Shown here: in pieces, positions 16,766 to 25,911 of the stretch
Layout: each line of letters starts with the position of its first letter
Numbering within the stretch: position 1 is the first letter of the stretch
From: Candidatus Omnitrophota bacterium
GTDB taxonomy: Bacteria > Omnitrophota > Gorgyraeia > Duberdicusellales > Duberdicusellaceae
Assembly: GCA_015486615.1 (NCBI GenBank)
Contig: WFRI01000051.1
Span: forward strand, 1 to 48,011
Reading direction: 5' to 3'
Length of the DNA stretch: 48,011 nucleotides
Translations under genes and position numbers: made by a program
Notes under the pieces: model-generated
Database searches by the model: none
What the model was told of the DNA's origin: nothing
What the model saw: the letters and a program-made list of their open reading frames with translations, nothing else

Positions 16766-16920
16766 GTCGTAAGCTGAATGTCCAACGTCGTAAGCCCAAT
16801 CCCGACGTTGCCTTTCTACCGTTAAAAAGCGCTTGCGCACTTTTTACACCTCGGGGGTGGAACTTGTTCCACCCCCGAGGTGGGCGCCGGTAAGAAACAA
16901 AAATCAACCCTTCGACTTTG
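16766..16920 (+). repeat. Mosaic intergenic repeat, copy B
   Basis: GTCGTAAGC occurs twice. AATGTCCAACGTCGTAAGCCCAATCCCGACGTTGCC follows. An A5-GC-rich-T5 mini-palindrome lies at 16824-16845. The 16-bp stem CACCTCGGGGGTGGAA/TTCCACCCCCGAGGTG lies at 16847-16862 / 16867-16882. The tail is GGCGCCGGTAAGAAA. TTCGACTTTG lies at 16911-16920. Confidence 0.8.
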
Positions 16921-17143
16921 CTCAGGCTTGATGGTGAGCATAGTCAAACCATCAAAAATTAAAATAAACTTTGCAACTTTTTAAGACTGTCTTGTTTTGT
17001 CCACGTTTTGTCCAGATGCGCCGGTGTTCTTATTCTCAATCTTGACCTAAATCCTGCTTTTGCCCTCAGCCTCTTGGGCCTGGACCTTTGAGTCTATTAC
17101 AACATTCTGGAAATTATAGGATTATGGAATTTATAGCATTTAT

Positions 17144-20100
17144 TCAGCCTAATGTCAAGTAGAAGCTGTCGTTTTCTAAAAGCCGGGTTATTTGTTGAAA
17201 CAACAAGGGTTGAGGCTGGATGTGGAAATCCCGCGAGGCTTTGACTTTAACAAATCTGTATTCCGGAGATTTAAAGTTAAAATATACGGGAACTTCCCCG
17301 GGATGCTGCAAAAGGGTTTGTTTAAGTTTTTTAATCAGTTCTTCGGAAGGAGTTTCTATATTGACCACTAAAGATGTAATATACCGGTTGATATCGTTGA
17401 TTTCTATCACTGAAGAGACTATGAGTTTAGGGCTTGTTTCTTTATTGTCTATCTGGCCTTTAAGAATAACCGGATTGCCTTTTTTTAGAAAGTTTTTGGT
17501 TTCGTTATAAACTCTGGGGAAAACAAACCCTTCAATGCTGGATGTTTCGTCTTCTATTTTTAGTATGCCCATAAGTTCTTTTGTCTTGCGGGTTGTGGTC
17601 AATTTTATTTTGTCTAATATTCCTGCCACGGTTATATTTTTTGAGGGATTTGAATAATTAAGCCGGCCTGAATAATTTGTTATATCTTGTATTTTATTTA
17701 GCCTTAGGCTGTTGATGAGCCATTCGTATTTAGACAAAGGGTGGCCGGTTATATAAAATCCCAAAAGTTCTTTTTCAAAGGCTAAAATTTGATGTTTAGG
17801 CCATTCTTCAAAATCCGATATTTTTTGCCCGGTTTTTTTTGCCGGGATAAGCCCGCCGAATAAAGACATTTGTTTAGAGTTTTTTGCTTTTTGAATTTCA
17901 TTGCCATACTCAATCGCTTCTTCAAGTATGTTCATCATTTGCGCCCTCTTGCCGAATTTATCCATTGCCCCGCATTTTATCAGGCTTTCTAAGACTTTCT
18001 TATTTACGGCCCTGTGGTCAATCCTCTGGCAGAAATCAAACAGATCTTTAAATTTCCCGTATTTCTGCCGGGTGACGATGATAGATTCCACTGCGGCCCT
18101 GCCGACATTCTTTATGGCTAAAAGCCCAAAACGTATCTGGTTTTTTTCGGTAACTGTGAAGTTAGAAAAACTTTCGTTTACATCCGGAGGAAGGACTTTT
18201 ATACCCATTCTTTTGGCTTCGTTAATATAGATAACCAATTTGTCTAGATTGTCCCTTTCAGAAGTCATTAAAGCCGCCATAAATTCTACAGGGAAATTCG
18301 CTTTTAAATAGGCGGTTTGGTAGGAAATTACAGCATAGGCCGTGGAATGGCTTTTATTAAAGCCATACCCGGCAAAATATTCAATCAGGTTAAATATTTT
18401 TTCCGCGGAAGTTTCGGGTATTTTATTCTTTCTACAGCCTTCTATAAAGATTTTTCTTTGTTCTTCCATTACTTCCGGATTTTTCTTGCCCATAGCCCTG
18501 CGGACAATATCTGCCTGGGATAAAGAGAATCCTGCCAGGGCAGATACTATCTGCATAACCTGTTCCTGATATACGATTATCCCATAGGTTTCTTTTAATA
18601 TATCTTTTAATTTGGGATGGATATAATTTATGGGTTTTTTGCCTTGTTTACGGCTTATGAAGTCTTCTACCATCCCGCTCCCTAAAGGTCCCGGCCGGTA
18701 GAGCGCAAGAACTGCTATTAAGTCCTCTATCCTGGTGGGTTTTAGTTTACTCAAAATATCTTTCATCCCCGAACTTTCTAATTGGAAAATCCCCGAAGTA
18801 TTGCCTTTTGCCAAAAGCGAGTAAGTTTTGCTGTCTTTAAGAGAAATGTTGTTTATGTCTATATCTTTGCCGCGCGTCCTTTTTATTATTTTTAAGGCTG
18901 CCTCTATCACAGTCAGAGTTTTTAAGCCTAAAAAGTCCATCTTTAGCAGGCCTATTTGTTCTAAAGACTTCATATCAAACTGAGTTATTATCTGGCCGTC
19001 AGGGGTTTTTAACAGAGGTATATATTCAGTAAGGGGCCTGTCGGATATAACTATGCCTGCGGCGTGAGTTGACGCATGCCTGGATAAGCCTTCTAAATGG
19101 AATGCTGTGTCTATAAGTTTTTTTATATCGGGGTTTGTTTGATAGATATGTTTTAGATCCGGATTTACTGCCAGGGCTTTTTTTAAGGTCATATCGTTTT
19201 CCGGAGGAATTAACTTGGCTATTTTGTCTATTTCGCCGTAAGTAAAACCTAAAACCCTGCCTACATCTCTGACAACTGCACGCGAGAGCATTGAGCCAAA
19301 AGTAATTATCTGGGAAACATTGTTTTTTCCGTAACGCTTTGCTACGTAATCAATAATCTGCTGGCGTTTTTCGTAACAGAAATCTATATCTATATCCGGC
19401 ATACTTACTCTTTCTGGATTTAAAAATCTTTCAAATATCAGATTGTATTTAAGCGGGTCGATTGTGGTTATGTCTAAAAGGTAACTTACAATACTGCCGG
19501 CAGCCGAGCCTCTTCCCGGACCTACGGGTATTTTATTTTCTTTAGCATATTTTACAAAATCCCAGACTATCAAAAAGTATCCGGGAAAACCCATCTTATT
19601 AATAATGTTTAGTTCATATTCCAGCCGGTTTTTGACATTTTGAGAGGCATTAGGGTATTTTTGAGGCAGGCTTTTATAGCAAAGATTTTTCAGAAAATCG
19701 TATTCGTTTACTCCTTCAGGAAGGTTAAATTTCGGTATGTGCCTTTGAGAAAAATCAAATTCAAAATTGCATTTTTCGGCTATTTCAATAGTATTGGACA
19801 AACATTGAGGGCAGTCTTTAAATATTTCCTGCATTTCCCGGCTGGATTTTAAATAAAACTCCTGGGTACTAAACCGCATCCTTGAAGGATCGTTAATTGT
19901 AGTCTGTGTCTGCAGGCATAAGAGTACTTCATGAGCAAAAGCGTCTTCTTTATCTATGTAGTGAACATCATTGGTAGCAACTAAAGGAATATTTAAATCG
20001 CGGGATATTTGCATTAGGTATTTGTTTACTGTTTTCTGTTCGGGAATATTTTGGTCCATCATTTCCAGATAGAAATTTCCCTGTCCGAATATTTGATTAT

Positions 20101-20590
20101 AGATATCTGCTGTCTTGAAAGCCTCAGATATTTCATTATTCAGGATATGGCGGCTGATTTTCCCTTTCAAACAGCCCGACATACCAATAAGGCCGCGGCT
20201 GTTTTGCCGGAGAAGATCTAAGTCTATACGGGGTTTATAGTAAAAGCCTTCTATGTAAGCGGCGCTGATGAGTTTTATCAGGTTTTTATAGCCTTGGTTA
20301 TTTTTAGCCAGAAGCACAATGTGGTAATTACCGGTTTCGCCGTTTTTGCCTTTGTCAAATCTGCTTTTAGGCGCCAAATAGGCTTCTACTCCAATAATCG
20401 GCTTTATGCCGTTTTTTATGCAAAGGTTGTAAAAATAAACTGCGCCGAAAATATTACCGTGGTCAGTCATTGCCAAAGCAGGGAATTTAAGTTCTTTGGT
20501 TTTCTGTATAAGTTTATCCAGACGGCAGGCTCCGTCTAAAAGGCTGTATTGAGTATGGACGTGAAGATGGACGAATTTTGAGTGTTCCAT
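17144..20590 (-). CDS. dnaE: DNA polymerase III alpha subunit
   Basis: About 1148 aa with PHP domain FVHLHVHTQYSLLDG, a polymerase core, an OB fold and a C-terminal region. The track start at 20605 is a TTG, so I used the ATG at 20590. Confidence 0.95.
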   Translation of the reverse strand: MEHSKFVHLHVHTQYSLLDGACRLDKLIQKTKELKFPALAMTDHGNIFGAVYFYNLCIKNGIKPIIGVEAYLAPKSRFDKGKNGETGNYHIVLLAKNNQGYKNLIKLISAAYIEGFYYKPRIDLDLLRQNSRGLIGMSGCLKGKISRHILNNEISEAFKTADIYNQIFGQGNFYLEMMDQNIPEQKTVNKYLMQISRDLNIPLVATNDVHYIDKEDAFAHEVLLCLQTQTTINDPSRMRFSTQEFYLKSSREMQEIFKDCPQCLSNTIEIAEKCNFEFDFSQRHIPKFNLPEGVNEYDFLKNLCYKSLPQKYPNASQNVKNRLEYELNIINKMGFPGYFLIVWDFVKYAKENKIPVGPGRGSAAGSIVSYLLDITTIDPLKYNLIFERFLNPERVSMPDIDIDFCYEKRQQIIDYVAKRYGKNNVSQIITFGSMLSRAVVRDVGRVLGFTYGEIDKIAKLIPPENDMTLKKALAVNPDLKHIYQTNPDIKKLIDTAFHLEGLSRHASTHAAGIVISDRPLTEYIPLLKTPDGQIITQFDMKSLEQIGLLKMDFLGLKTLTVIEAALKIIKRTRGKDIDINNISLKDSKTYSLLAKGNTSGIFQLESSGMKDILSKLKPTRIEDLIAVLALYRPGPLGSGMVEDFISRKQGKKPINYIHPKLKDILKETYGIIVYQEQVMQIVSALAGFSLSQADIVRRAMGKKNPEVMEEQRKIFIEGCRKNKIPETSAEKIFNLIEYFAGYGFNKSHSTAYAVISYQTAYLKANFPVEFMAALMTSERDNLDKLVIYINEAKRMGIKVLPPDVNESFSNFTVTEKNQIRFGLLAIKNVGRAAVESIIVTRQKYGKFKDLFDFCQRIDHRAVNKKVLESLIKCGAMDKFGKRAQMMNILEEAIEYGNEIQKAKNSKQMSLFGGLIPAKKTGQKISDFEEWPKHQILAFEKELLGFYITGHPLSKYEWLINSLRLNKIQDITNYSGRLNYSNPSKNITVAGILDKIKLTTTRKTKELMGILKIEDETSSIEGFVFPRVYNETKNFLKKGNPVILKGQIDNKETSPKLIVSSVIEINDINRYITSLVVNIETPSEELIKKLKQTLLQHPGEVPVYFNFKSPEYRFVKVKASRDFHIQPQPLLFQQITRLLENDSFYLTLG

Positions 20591-20591
20591 T

Positions 20592-22139
20592 TTATTCCCA
20601 TTCAATTGTAGCCGGGGGTTTTGAACTTATATCAAATACCACTCTATTTACTCCCTGAGTTTTGTTTATAATTTCTGAAGACAATTCTTCCAGAACTTTG
20701 TAAGGCAGTTTTGTCCAGTCAGCAGTCATTCCGTCTAAACTGTTTACTGCTCTGACAGCCGCAACATATTCGTAAGTGCGTTTGTCGCCCATTACCCCCA
20801 CACTTTTTAAAGGCAGAAGCACTGCAAAAGCCTGCCAGATATTTTTATAAAGCCCGTGTTTTTTTATTATTTTTTCTATTTTTGCGTCAACTTCTTTTAT
20901 TAGGGCTAATTTTTCCCTGTCTATTTCGCCTAAGATCCTTACTGCCAGGCCGGGCCCGGGAAAAGGATGGCGGTAAAGTATTTTCTCAGGCAGGCCTAAT
21001 TCTTTGCCGATTTCCCGGACTTCGTCTTTGAACAGTTCTCTTAAAGGCTCTATTAGTTTTAGTTTCATTTTTTTAGGCAGGCCTCCTACATTATGGTGGG
21101 ATTTTATTTTGGCTGTAGGCCCGTCAAAAAACGGCACAGATTCTATTACGTCCGGATATAATGTTCCCTGGCCTAAAAACTTTACGTTTTTTATCTTTTT
21201 GGCTTCATTTTCAAAAATCCGGATAAATTCATAGCCGATTATTTTCCTTTTCTGTTCAGGGTCAGTTATGCCTTTTAGTTTAGATAAGAAATCTTTAGCA
21301 GCGTTGACATATTTTAAATTTATTCTAAAGTGTTCTTTGAAAATCTTTCGGACCTGCCGCGGTTCGTTTTTTCGTAAAAGGCCGTTGTTGACAAATATAC
21401 AGGTTAAATTTTTGCCTATTGCTTTATGAATAAGCAAGGCTGTTACTGAAGAGTCTATGCCTCCGGATAAACCGCAGATAACTCTGTCTTTGCCTGCCTG
21501 CCGCCGGATTTTGGCTATAGTTTCCTGGATGAAATTTTTTACCTGCCAACTGGGGAAACAGCCGCAGATTCTAAAGACAAAATTAGAGATAATCTGCAGA
21601 CCATACTCTGTATGAGCTACTTCAGGATGGAATTGAACTCCATATATCTTCTTTTTAGGAATACTAAAGGCAGCATAAGGAGTTTGTTGAGTATGGGAAA
21701 GTTTTTTTGCGCCTTCAGGCAGGCGCGTTATCGTGTCTCCATGGCTCATCCAGGAAGTTATCTTTTCCGGCAAAGTAAAGAATAAATCATGGTGGTTGTC
21801 TATATACATTTCTGCCCGGCCGTATTCGCGGGTTGAAGTATGTTTTATTCCGCCTTTAAACAGATGAGTTATTGCCTGCATACCGTAGCAGATTCCTAAA
21901 ATAGGAGTGTTGAGGTTAAGTATTTCCCTGTCTGGCATAGGAGCATTTTTTTCATAGACGCTGTTTGGCCCGCCGGATAAAATAATTCCTTTAGGCGCTA
22001 TTTTTTTTATTTTGTCTGTGCTGACAGTGCAAGGCTCAATAAGGCTGTAAACTCTAAGTTCTCTTATCCTGCGCGCTATAAGCTGAGTATATTGGGAGCC
22101 GAAATCCAAGACTAAAATTAAATCTTTTTTATTATTCAT
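20592..22139 (-). CDS. guaA: GMP synthase (glutamine-hydrolysing)
   Basis: 515 aa with GATase domain ILVLDFGSQYTQLIARRIRE, PP-loop GLSGGIDSS, and the C-terminal PPATIEWE. Confidence 0.95.
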   Translation of the reverse strand: MNNKKDLILVLDFGSQYTQLIARRIRELRVYSLIEPCTVSTDKIKKIAPKGIILSGGPNSVYEKNAPMPDREILNLNTPILGICYGMQAITHLFKGGIKHTSTREYGRAEMYIDNHHDLFFTLPEKITSWMSHGDTITRLPEGAKKLSHTQQTPYAAFSIPKKKIYGVQFHPEVAHTEYGLQIISNFVFRICGCFPSWQVKNFIQETIAKIRRQAGKDRVICGLSGGIDSSVTALLIHKAIGKNLTCIFVNNGLLRKNEPRQVRKIFKEHFRINLKYVNAAKDFLSKLKGITDPEQKRKIIGYEFIRIFENEAKKIKNVKFLGQGTLYPDVIESVPFFDGPTAKIKSHHNVGGLPKKMKLKLIEPLRELFKDEVREIGKELGLPEKILYRHPFPGPGLAVRILGEIDREKLALIKEVDAKIEKIIKKHGLYKNIWQAFAVLLPLKSVGVMGDKRTYEYVAAVRAVNSLDGMTADWTKLPYKVLEELSSEIINKTQGVNRVVFDISSKPPATIEWE

Positions 22140-22184
22140 TGGTTTTTAAAGTCTTTTTGAATTTTTATTTTCCCTGCCCACGGT

Positions 22185-22289
22185 GAAGCTTTACGGGGCT
22201 TGCCCCGTGGCGTAGCTTTACGGGGCTTGCCCCGTGGCGAAGCTTTACGGGGCTTGCCCCGTGATGAGCGTAGCGAATTTTACGGGGTC
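22185..22289. repeat. 27-bp tandem repeat (3 full units plus a degenerate 4th), each unit holding a GC hairpin
   Basis: The unit G(A/T)AGCTTTACGGGGCTTGCCCCGTGGC occurs at 22185-22211, 22212-22238 and 22239-22265, followed by the degenerate GAGCGTAGCGAATTTTACGGGGTC. The stem is ACGGGG/CCCCGT. Confidence 0.85.
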
Positions 22290-22388
22290 ATTTTGATTTT
22301 TGCATTTTAATTTAACATACCAATCTAATAACTTACCAACTTCTCAATCTTAATCTAAACCTTGTTCTTGTTCTAATCTAAGCCTGTT

Positions 22389-23549
22389 TCATTTGCCCAT
22401 TCCTACTCTTTGGATGACCTGGAATATTTTTCCTTCAGTCTGGATAGACGGAGCAATTATAATTTCTGCAAAGTGCATTTCTTTTATTGTTTTTACACCT
22501 AATGTGCCCATAGAAGTTGCTAAAGCACCCATAAGATTTTGAGAGCCGTCGTCTACTTCTGCAGGGCCAAACAGAATCTGTTCCAAAGAACCGGTTATTC
22601 CCACTTTTATTCGGGTCCCGCGGGGCAGATTAGCATGGGAAGTAGCCATACCCCAGTGATAGCCTTTGCCAGGAGCCTCTTTTGCACGGGCAAAAGCCGA
22701 GCCAATCATTACCGCATCCGCCCCAGAAGCAAAAGCCTTGCAAATATCCCCGCCTTTGCGCATTCCTCCGTCAGTAATAATAGGTACATATTTGCCGGTT
22801 TTCTTAAAATAGAAATCTCTGGCCTCCGCACTGTCTATAGTAGCGGTTACCTGAGGAATCCCAATTCCTAATACTCCTCTTGTTGTACACGCTGCGCCTG
22901 GGCCTACGCCAATAAGCAGGCCGTCACAGCCGGTTTCTAAAAGGTCTAAAGTAACCTCATAAGTTACGCAGTTGCCTAAGATTACGGGTATTTTCCTTTT
23001 CTGGCAGAATTTATATAAATCCAGAGGTTTATATTTAGAAGAGGTATGTTTTACTGTAATAACCGTTGATTGGACAACAAATATGTCTGCACCGGCGTCT
23101 TCAGCAATCTGGGCAAACCTTTCAGCATTTTGGGGAATACAGCTTACTGCTGCAGTGCCTGCCTGACTTTTTATTTCCTGAACTCGTTTAGCGATTAATT
23201 TTTCCTTTATCGGAGTAGTATAAATCTTTTGGATTAGATTTGTGGCTTCTTCGGAAGAGGAATTCGCAATTTGTGTCAGGACATCCTCCGGGTTTTCATA
23301 GCGGGTTTGCACTCCGTCTAAATTCAAAACCGCTACCCCTCCTAATTTAGACATTGCCACGGCAAATTTCACATCAACTACGCCGTCCATTGCCGCAGCC
23401 AGTATCGGTACAGGAAATTTTTTCCCGTCAAGTTCCCAGAAAATATCCACATCCTCTGGATTTATAGTAGTTTTGCCGGGGACTAAAGCAACTTCGTCAA
23501 ACCCATAACATTTCCTTACTCTTTTCTTTCTGCCAATCCATTCAGCCAT
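22389..23549 (-). CDS. GuaB3-type IMP dehydrogenase family protein (no CBS subdomain)
   Basis: 386 aa TIM-barrel protein of the IMPDH/GMPR family with the Cys loop GVGPGAACTTR and GGMRKGGDICKAFASGADAVMIGS. It is too short to contain the CBS pair. Confidence 0.8.
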   Translation of the reverse strand: MAEWIGRKKRVRKCYGFDEVALVPGKTTINPEDVDIFWELDGKKFPVPILAAAMDGVVDVKFAVAMSKLGGVAVLNLDGVQTRYENPEDVLTQIANSSSEEATNLIQKIYTTPIKEKLIAKRVQEIKSQAGTAAVSCIPQNAERFAQIAEDAGADIFVVQSTVITVKHTSSKYKPLDLYKFCQKRKIPVILGNCVTYEVTLDLLETGCDGLLIGVGPGAACTTRGVLGIGIPQVTATIDSAEARDFYFKKTGKYVPIITDGGMRKGGDICKAFASGADAVMIGSAFARAKEAPGKGYHWGMATSHANLPRGTRIKVGITGSLEQILFGPAEVDDGSQNLMGALATSMGTLGVKTIKEMHFAEIIIAPSIQTEGKIFQVIQRVGMGK

Positions 23550-24411
23550 TGTCCTGCCTCCTTAAATTTGCTGTTAAGTAATTCAATAGTTTGGATAATG
23601 TATTCTTTAGTTCTTTTCTTGAAACAATCATATCTATAAGCCCGTGTTCTAAATTAAACTGCGAAGATTGAAAGTTGGGAGGGAGTTTTTGCTTTGTTGT
23701 TTGTTCAATGACTCTCGGCCCGGTAAATCCGATAAGTGCTTTAGGCTCAGCAATAATAATATCACCCAGCCCTGCAAAAGACGCCAATACCCCGGCCATT
23801 GTAGGGTGAGTAAGAACAGAAATATAAGGAATATTTGCCTGCTTTAGCTTCGCCAGGGCAGTTGAAGTTTTAGCCATTTGCATAAGAGAAAACAGGCCTT
23901 CATACATTCTTGCGCCTCCGCCGGAGCCGGAGACAATAACCAAAGGAATTTTTTCTTTTAAAGCCAGTTCTACTGCCCGGGTAATCTTTTCTCCTACAAC
24001 TGAGCCCATTGAGCCCATAATAAACCGGGAGTCAGTAGCTGCAAAGGATATAGGCCGGCCTTCTATCTTTGCCCGGCCGTAGATAGCGGCTTCTTTTAGT
24101 CCTGTTTGCTGCTGAGCTTTTTGCATTTTTTCCCTGTATGTCTGGACTCCTTTGAAATTCAAAGGGTCTGCGGATTCCATATTTTTGTCTAATTCTTCAA
24201 AACTTTCGGGATCTAACAGCAGTTGAACCCGTTCGTATACTCCTAAAGGAAAATGATATTCGCATCTCGGGCATACCCAAAGGTTGTTCTTTAAGGTTTT
24301 AGTAAATATAGGGAAAGAACATCCCGGACATTTATGCCATAAACCTTCGGGAATGTCTTTTCTTTTTACCCGAACTATTGTATATTTGGGTTTTTTCTTA
24401 AACAGAGCCAT
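23542..24411 (-). CDS. accD: Acetyl-CoA carboxylase carboxyltransferase beta subunit
   Basis: 289 aa with N-terminal zinc ribbon CPGCSFPIF...CPRCEYHF followed by a crotonase-like CT domain (GGARMYEG). Confidence 0.9.
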   Translation of the reverse strand: MALFKKKPKYTIVRVKRKDIPEGLWHKCPGCSFPIFTKTLKNNLWVCPRCEYHFPLGVYERVQLLLDPESFEELDKNMESADPLNFKGVQTYREKMQKAQQQTGLKEAAIYGRAKIEGRPISFAATDSRFIMGSMGSVVGEKITRAVELALKEKIPLVIVSGSGGGARMYEGLFSLMQMAKTSTALAKLKQANIPYISVLTHPTMAGVLASFAGLGDIIIAEPKALIGFTGPRVIEQTTKQKLPPNFQSSQFNLEHGLIDMIVSRKELKNTLSKLLNYLTANLRRQDNG

Positions 24412-25654
24412 TAGTCAGCCTTCTTAAAATTATGCCTGCATCTATCTTAGGGTAAAAATAAGTGGTTTTCTGGGGCATTTTAATTCCCCGAGAAGATATG
24501 TTTATAAGTTTTTTTATATCTATGCTTTTTAAGAAAAAAGCACATCCCTGATATTTATCCGCCGCGTGTATGGCCTCTTCTTCGTTTATAGTGTAAATAG
24601 TATTGTTTTCATTTTGCTTGATTTTTGCCTTTTTAAGAATTAATTTATGCAGGATAAAGACGTCAATATCGGCTAATGCTTTTTCTCTTTCAGTTTTAAA
24701 TATTCTGCCTAAAACTTTTTTGTTTTTCAAACGCAATAAATAAAACTTTTTTCGGCAGTAAATTCCTAAGGACATTTTTTTGCCGGATTTTATTTTTTCG
24801 GCCAGGCCCGTAAGGGAATTTTCCTGTTTGAAAGAAAATATCTCTCCTATTTTTTTTTGCAGAGATACTATATCCAGGCGGGATTCTTTTATTACTCTGT
24901 GAGTAGGCAAAATAAGAATGTTTTTGCCGGCTGCAGGACTGAAATAAGCCATAGCATAATCTAATTCTTTGAGGCCGTTTTGCTTTTTTGCCTTTTTAGC
25001 ATAAGCACAGGCTACCTCAAACCGGTGGTGGCCGTCAGCAATAAGCAGTTTTTTCTTCTCAATTGCCCGGCTGATGATTTGAGTGTCTTTACTGTCGTTT
25101 ATCTTCCAAATAGAATATTCTATATTCTGTTGAGTAGAAAAGTTCATTAACGGCTTATTTTTTATGATTCCGGCAAAAACCTTGGAAAGCCGGGATTTTT
25201 TTGTGTCAGGGTAGATTATAAATATAGGGCTTAAGTTAGCCTGGACCTCTGAAATAATTGAAAAACGGTCCGCTTTCGGACCTTTATGCGTATACTCATG
25301 CGGATAAATTCTGGACTTGTCTAATTTAAGCAGACCCAAAAATCCATATCTTCGCAGACTCTTGCCGTGAAAAGAAAACTTCTGACGGCAAAGGTAAAAA
25401 CAAGGCTGGCTGTCCTGAACTAAGACTTCTTTCTTAAGCCACTGTCTAAATACCTGTCCTATTTTTTTATAGGTGTGTTCTTTATCAGTCAAAATCAGAT
25501 TACAGAAATTGTATTCAGACGATTGTTTTAGTTTAATTTCCTGGTCCTTATTTATAATATCGTAAGGCGGGCAGACCAGCATTTGCATTTTCGGCAGAAG
25601 TTTTTTATTGTAATGCAGACCGTAGAAAGGTTTAATTATTGGTTTTGTTTTCAT
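24398..25654 (-). CDS. DUF1015 family protein
   Basis: The trimmed start MKTKPIIKPFYGLHYN...VCPPYDII matches the usual DUF1015 N-terminus. The track start at 25789 is a TTG extension that overlaps the upstream gene. Confidence 0.75.
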   Translation of the reverse strand: MKTKPIIKPFYGLHYNKKLLPKMQMLVCPPYDIINKDQEIKLKQSSEYNFCNLILTDKEHTYKKIGQVFRQWLKKEVLVQDSQPCFYLCRQKFSFHGKSLRRYGFLGLLKLDKSRIYPHEYTHKGPKADRFSIISEVQANLSPIFIIYPDTKKSRLSKVFAGIIKNKPLMNFSTQQNIEYSIWKINDSKDTQIISRAIEKKKLLIADGHHRFEVACAYAKKAKKQNGLKELDYAMAYFSPAAGKNILILPTHRVIKESRLDIVSLQKKIGEIFSFKQENSLTGLAEKIKSGKKMSLGIYCRKKFYLLRLKNKKVLGRIFKTEREKALADIDVFILHKLILKKAKIKQNENNTIYTINEEEAIHAADKYQGCAFFLKSIDIKKLINISSRGIKMPQKTTYFYPKIDAGIILRRLTNGSV

Positions 25655-25907
25655 TTTTGCCGGGCTGGGGAGATTTATTTTCTTTCTTAGGTTTAACTTC
25701 GGAAGAGGCGTTTTCAGCAGAGGCCGGTTTCTTATAATCAGTAGCGTAAAAGCCTGAGCCTTTGAAAATAAGACCTGCTCCTTTGCCAATCAGCCGTTTA
25801 ACTTTGCCTTGGCATTTAGGACATTTAGATAGAGGCTTGTCTGTAATTTTTTGGAAAACCTCAAAAATATAACCGCATTCCTGGCATTCGTAGTCGTAAT
25901 TAGGCAT
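25632..25907 (-). CDS. FmdB family zinc-ribbon protein
   Basis: 91 aa starting MPNYDYECQECGYIFEV...CPKCQG (CxxC-CxxC), with the GFYATDYK tail typical of the family. Confidence 0.8.
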   Translation of the reverse strand: MPNYDYECQECGYIFEVFQKITDKPLSKCPKCQGKVKRLIGKGAGLIFKGSGFYATDYKKPASAENASSEVKPKKENKSPQPGKNENKTNN

Positions 25908-25911
25908 ACTT

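Noticed and set aside
22185-22289. The tandem hairpin-containing repeats could be a mini CRISPR array.
   Set aside because: The units are directly adjacent with no unique spacers, the unit is only 27 bp, and there are no cas genes in the window.
24398-25789. The full 463-aa track ORF for the DUF1015 protein, overlapping the FmdB gene by about 160 nt.
   Set aside because: The track start is a TTG and the extension has no family counterpart. The ATG at 25654 yields the canonical DUF1015 N-terminus (IIKPF...PPYD) and reduces the overlap to 23 nt.
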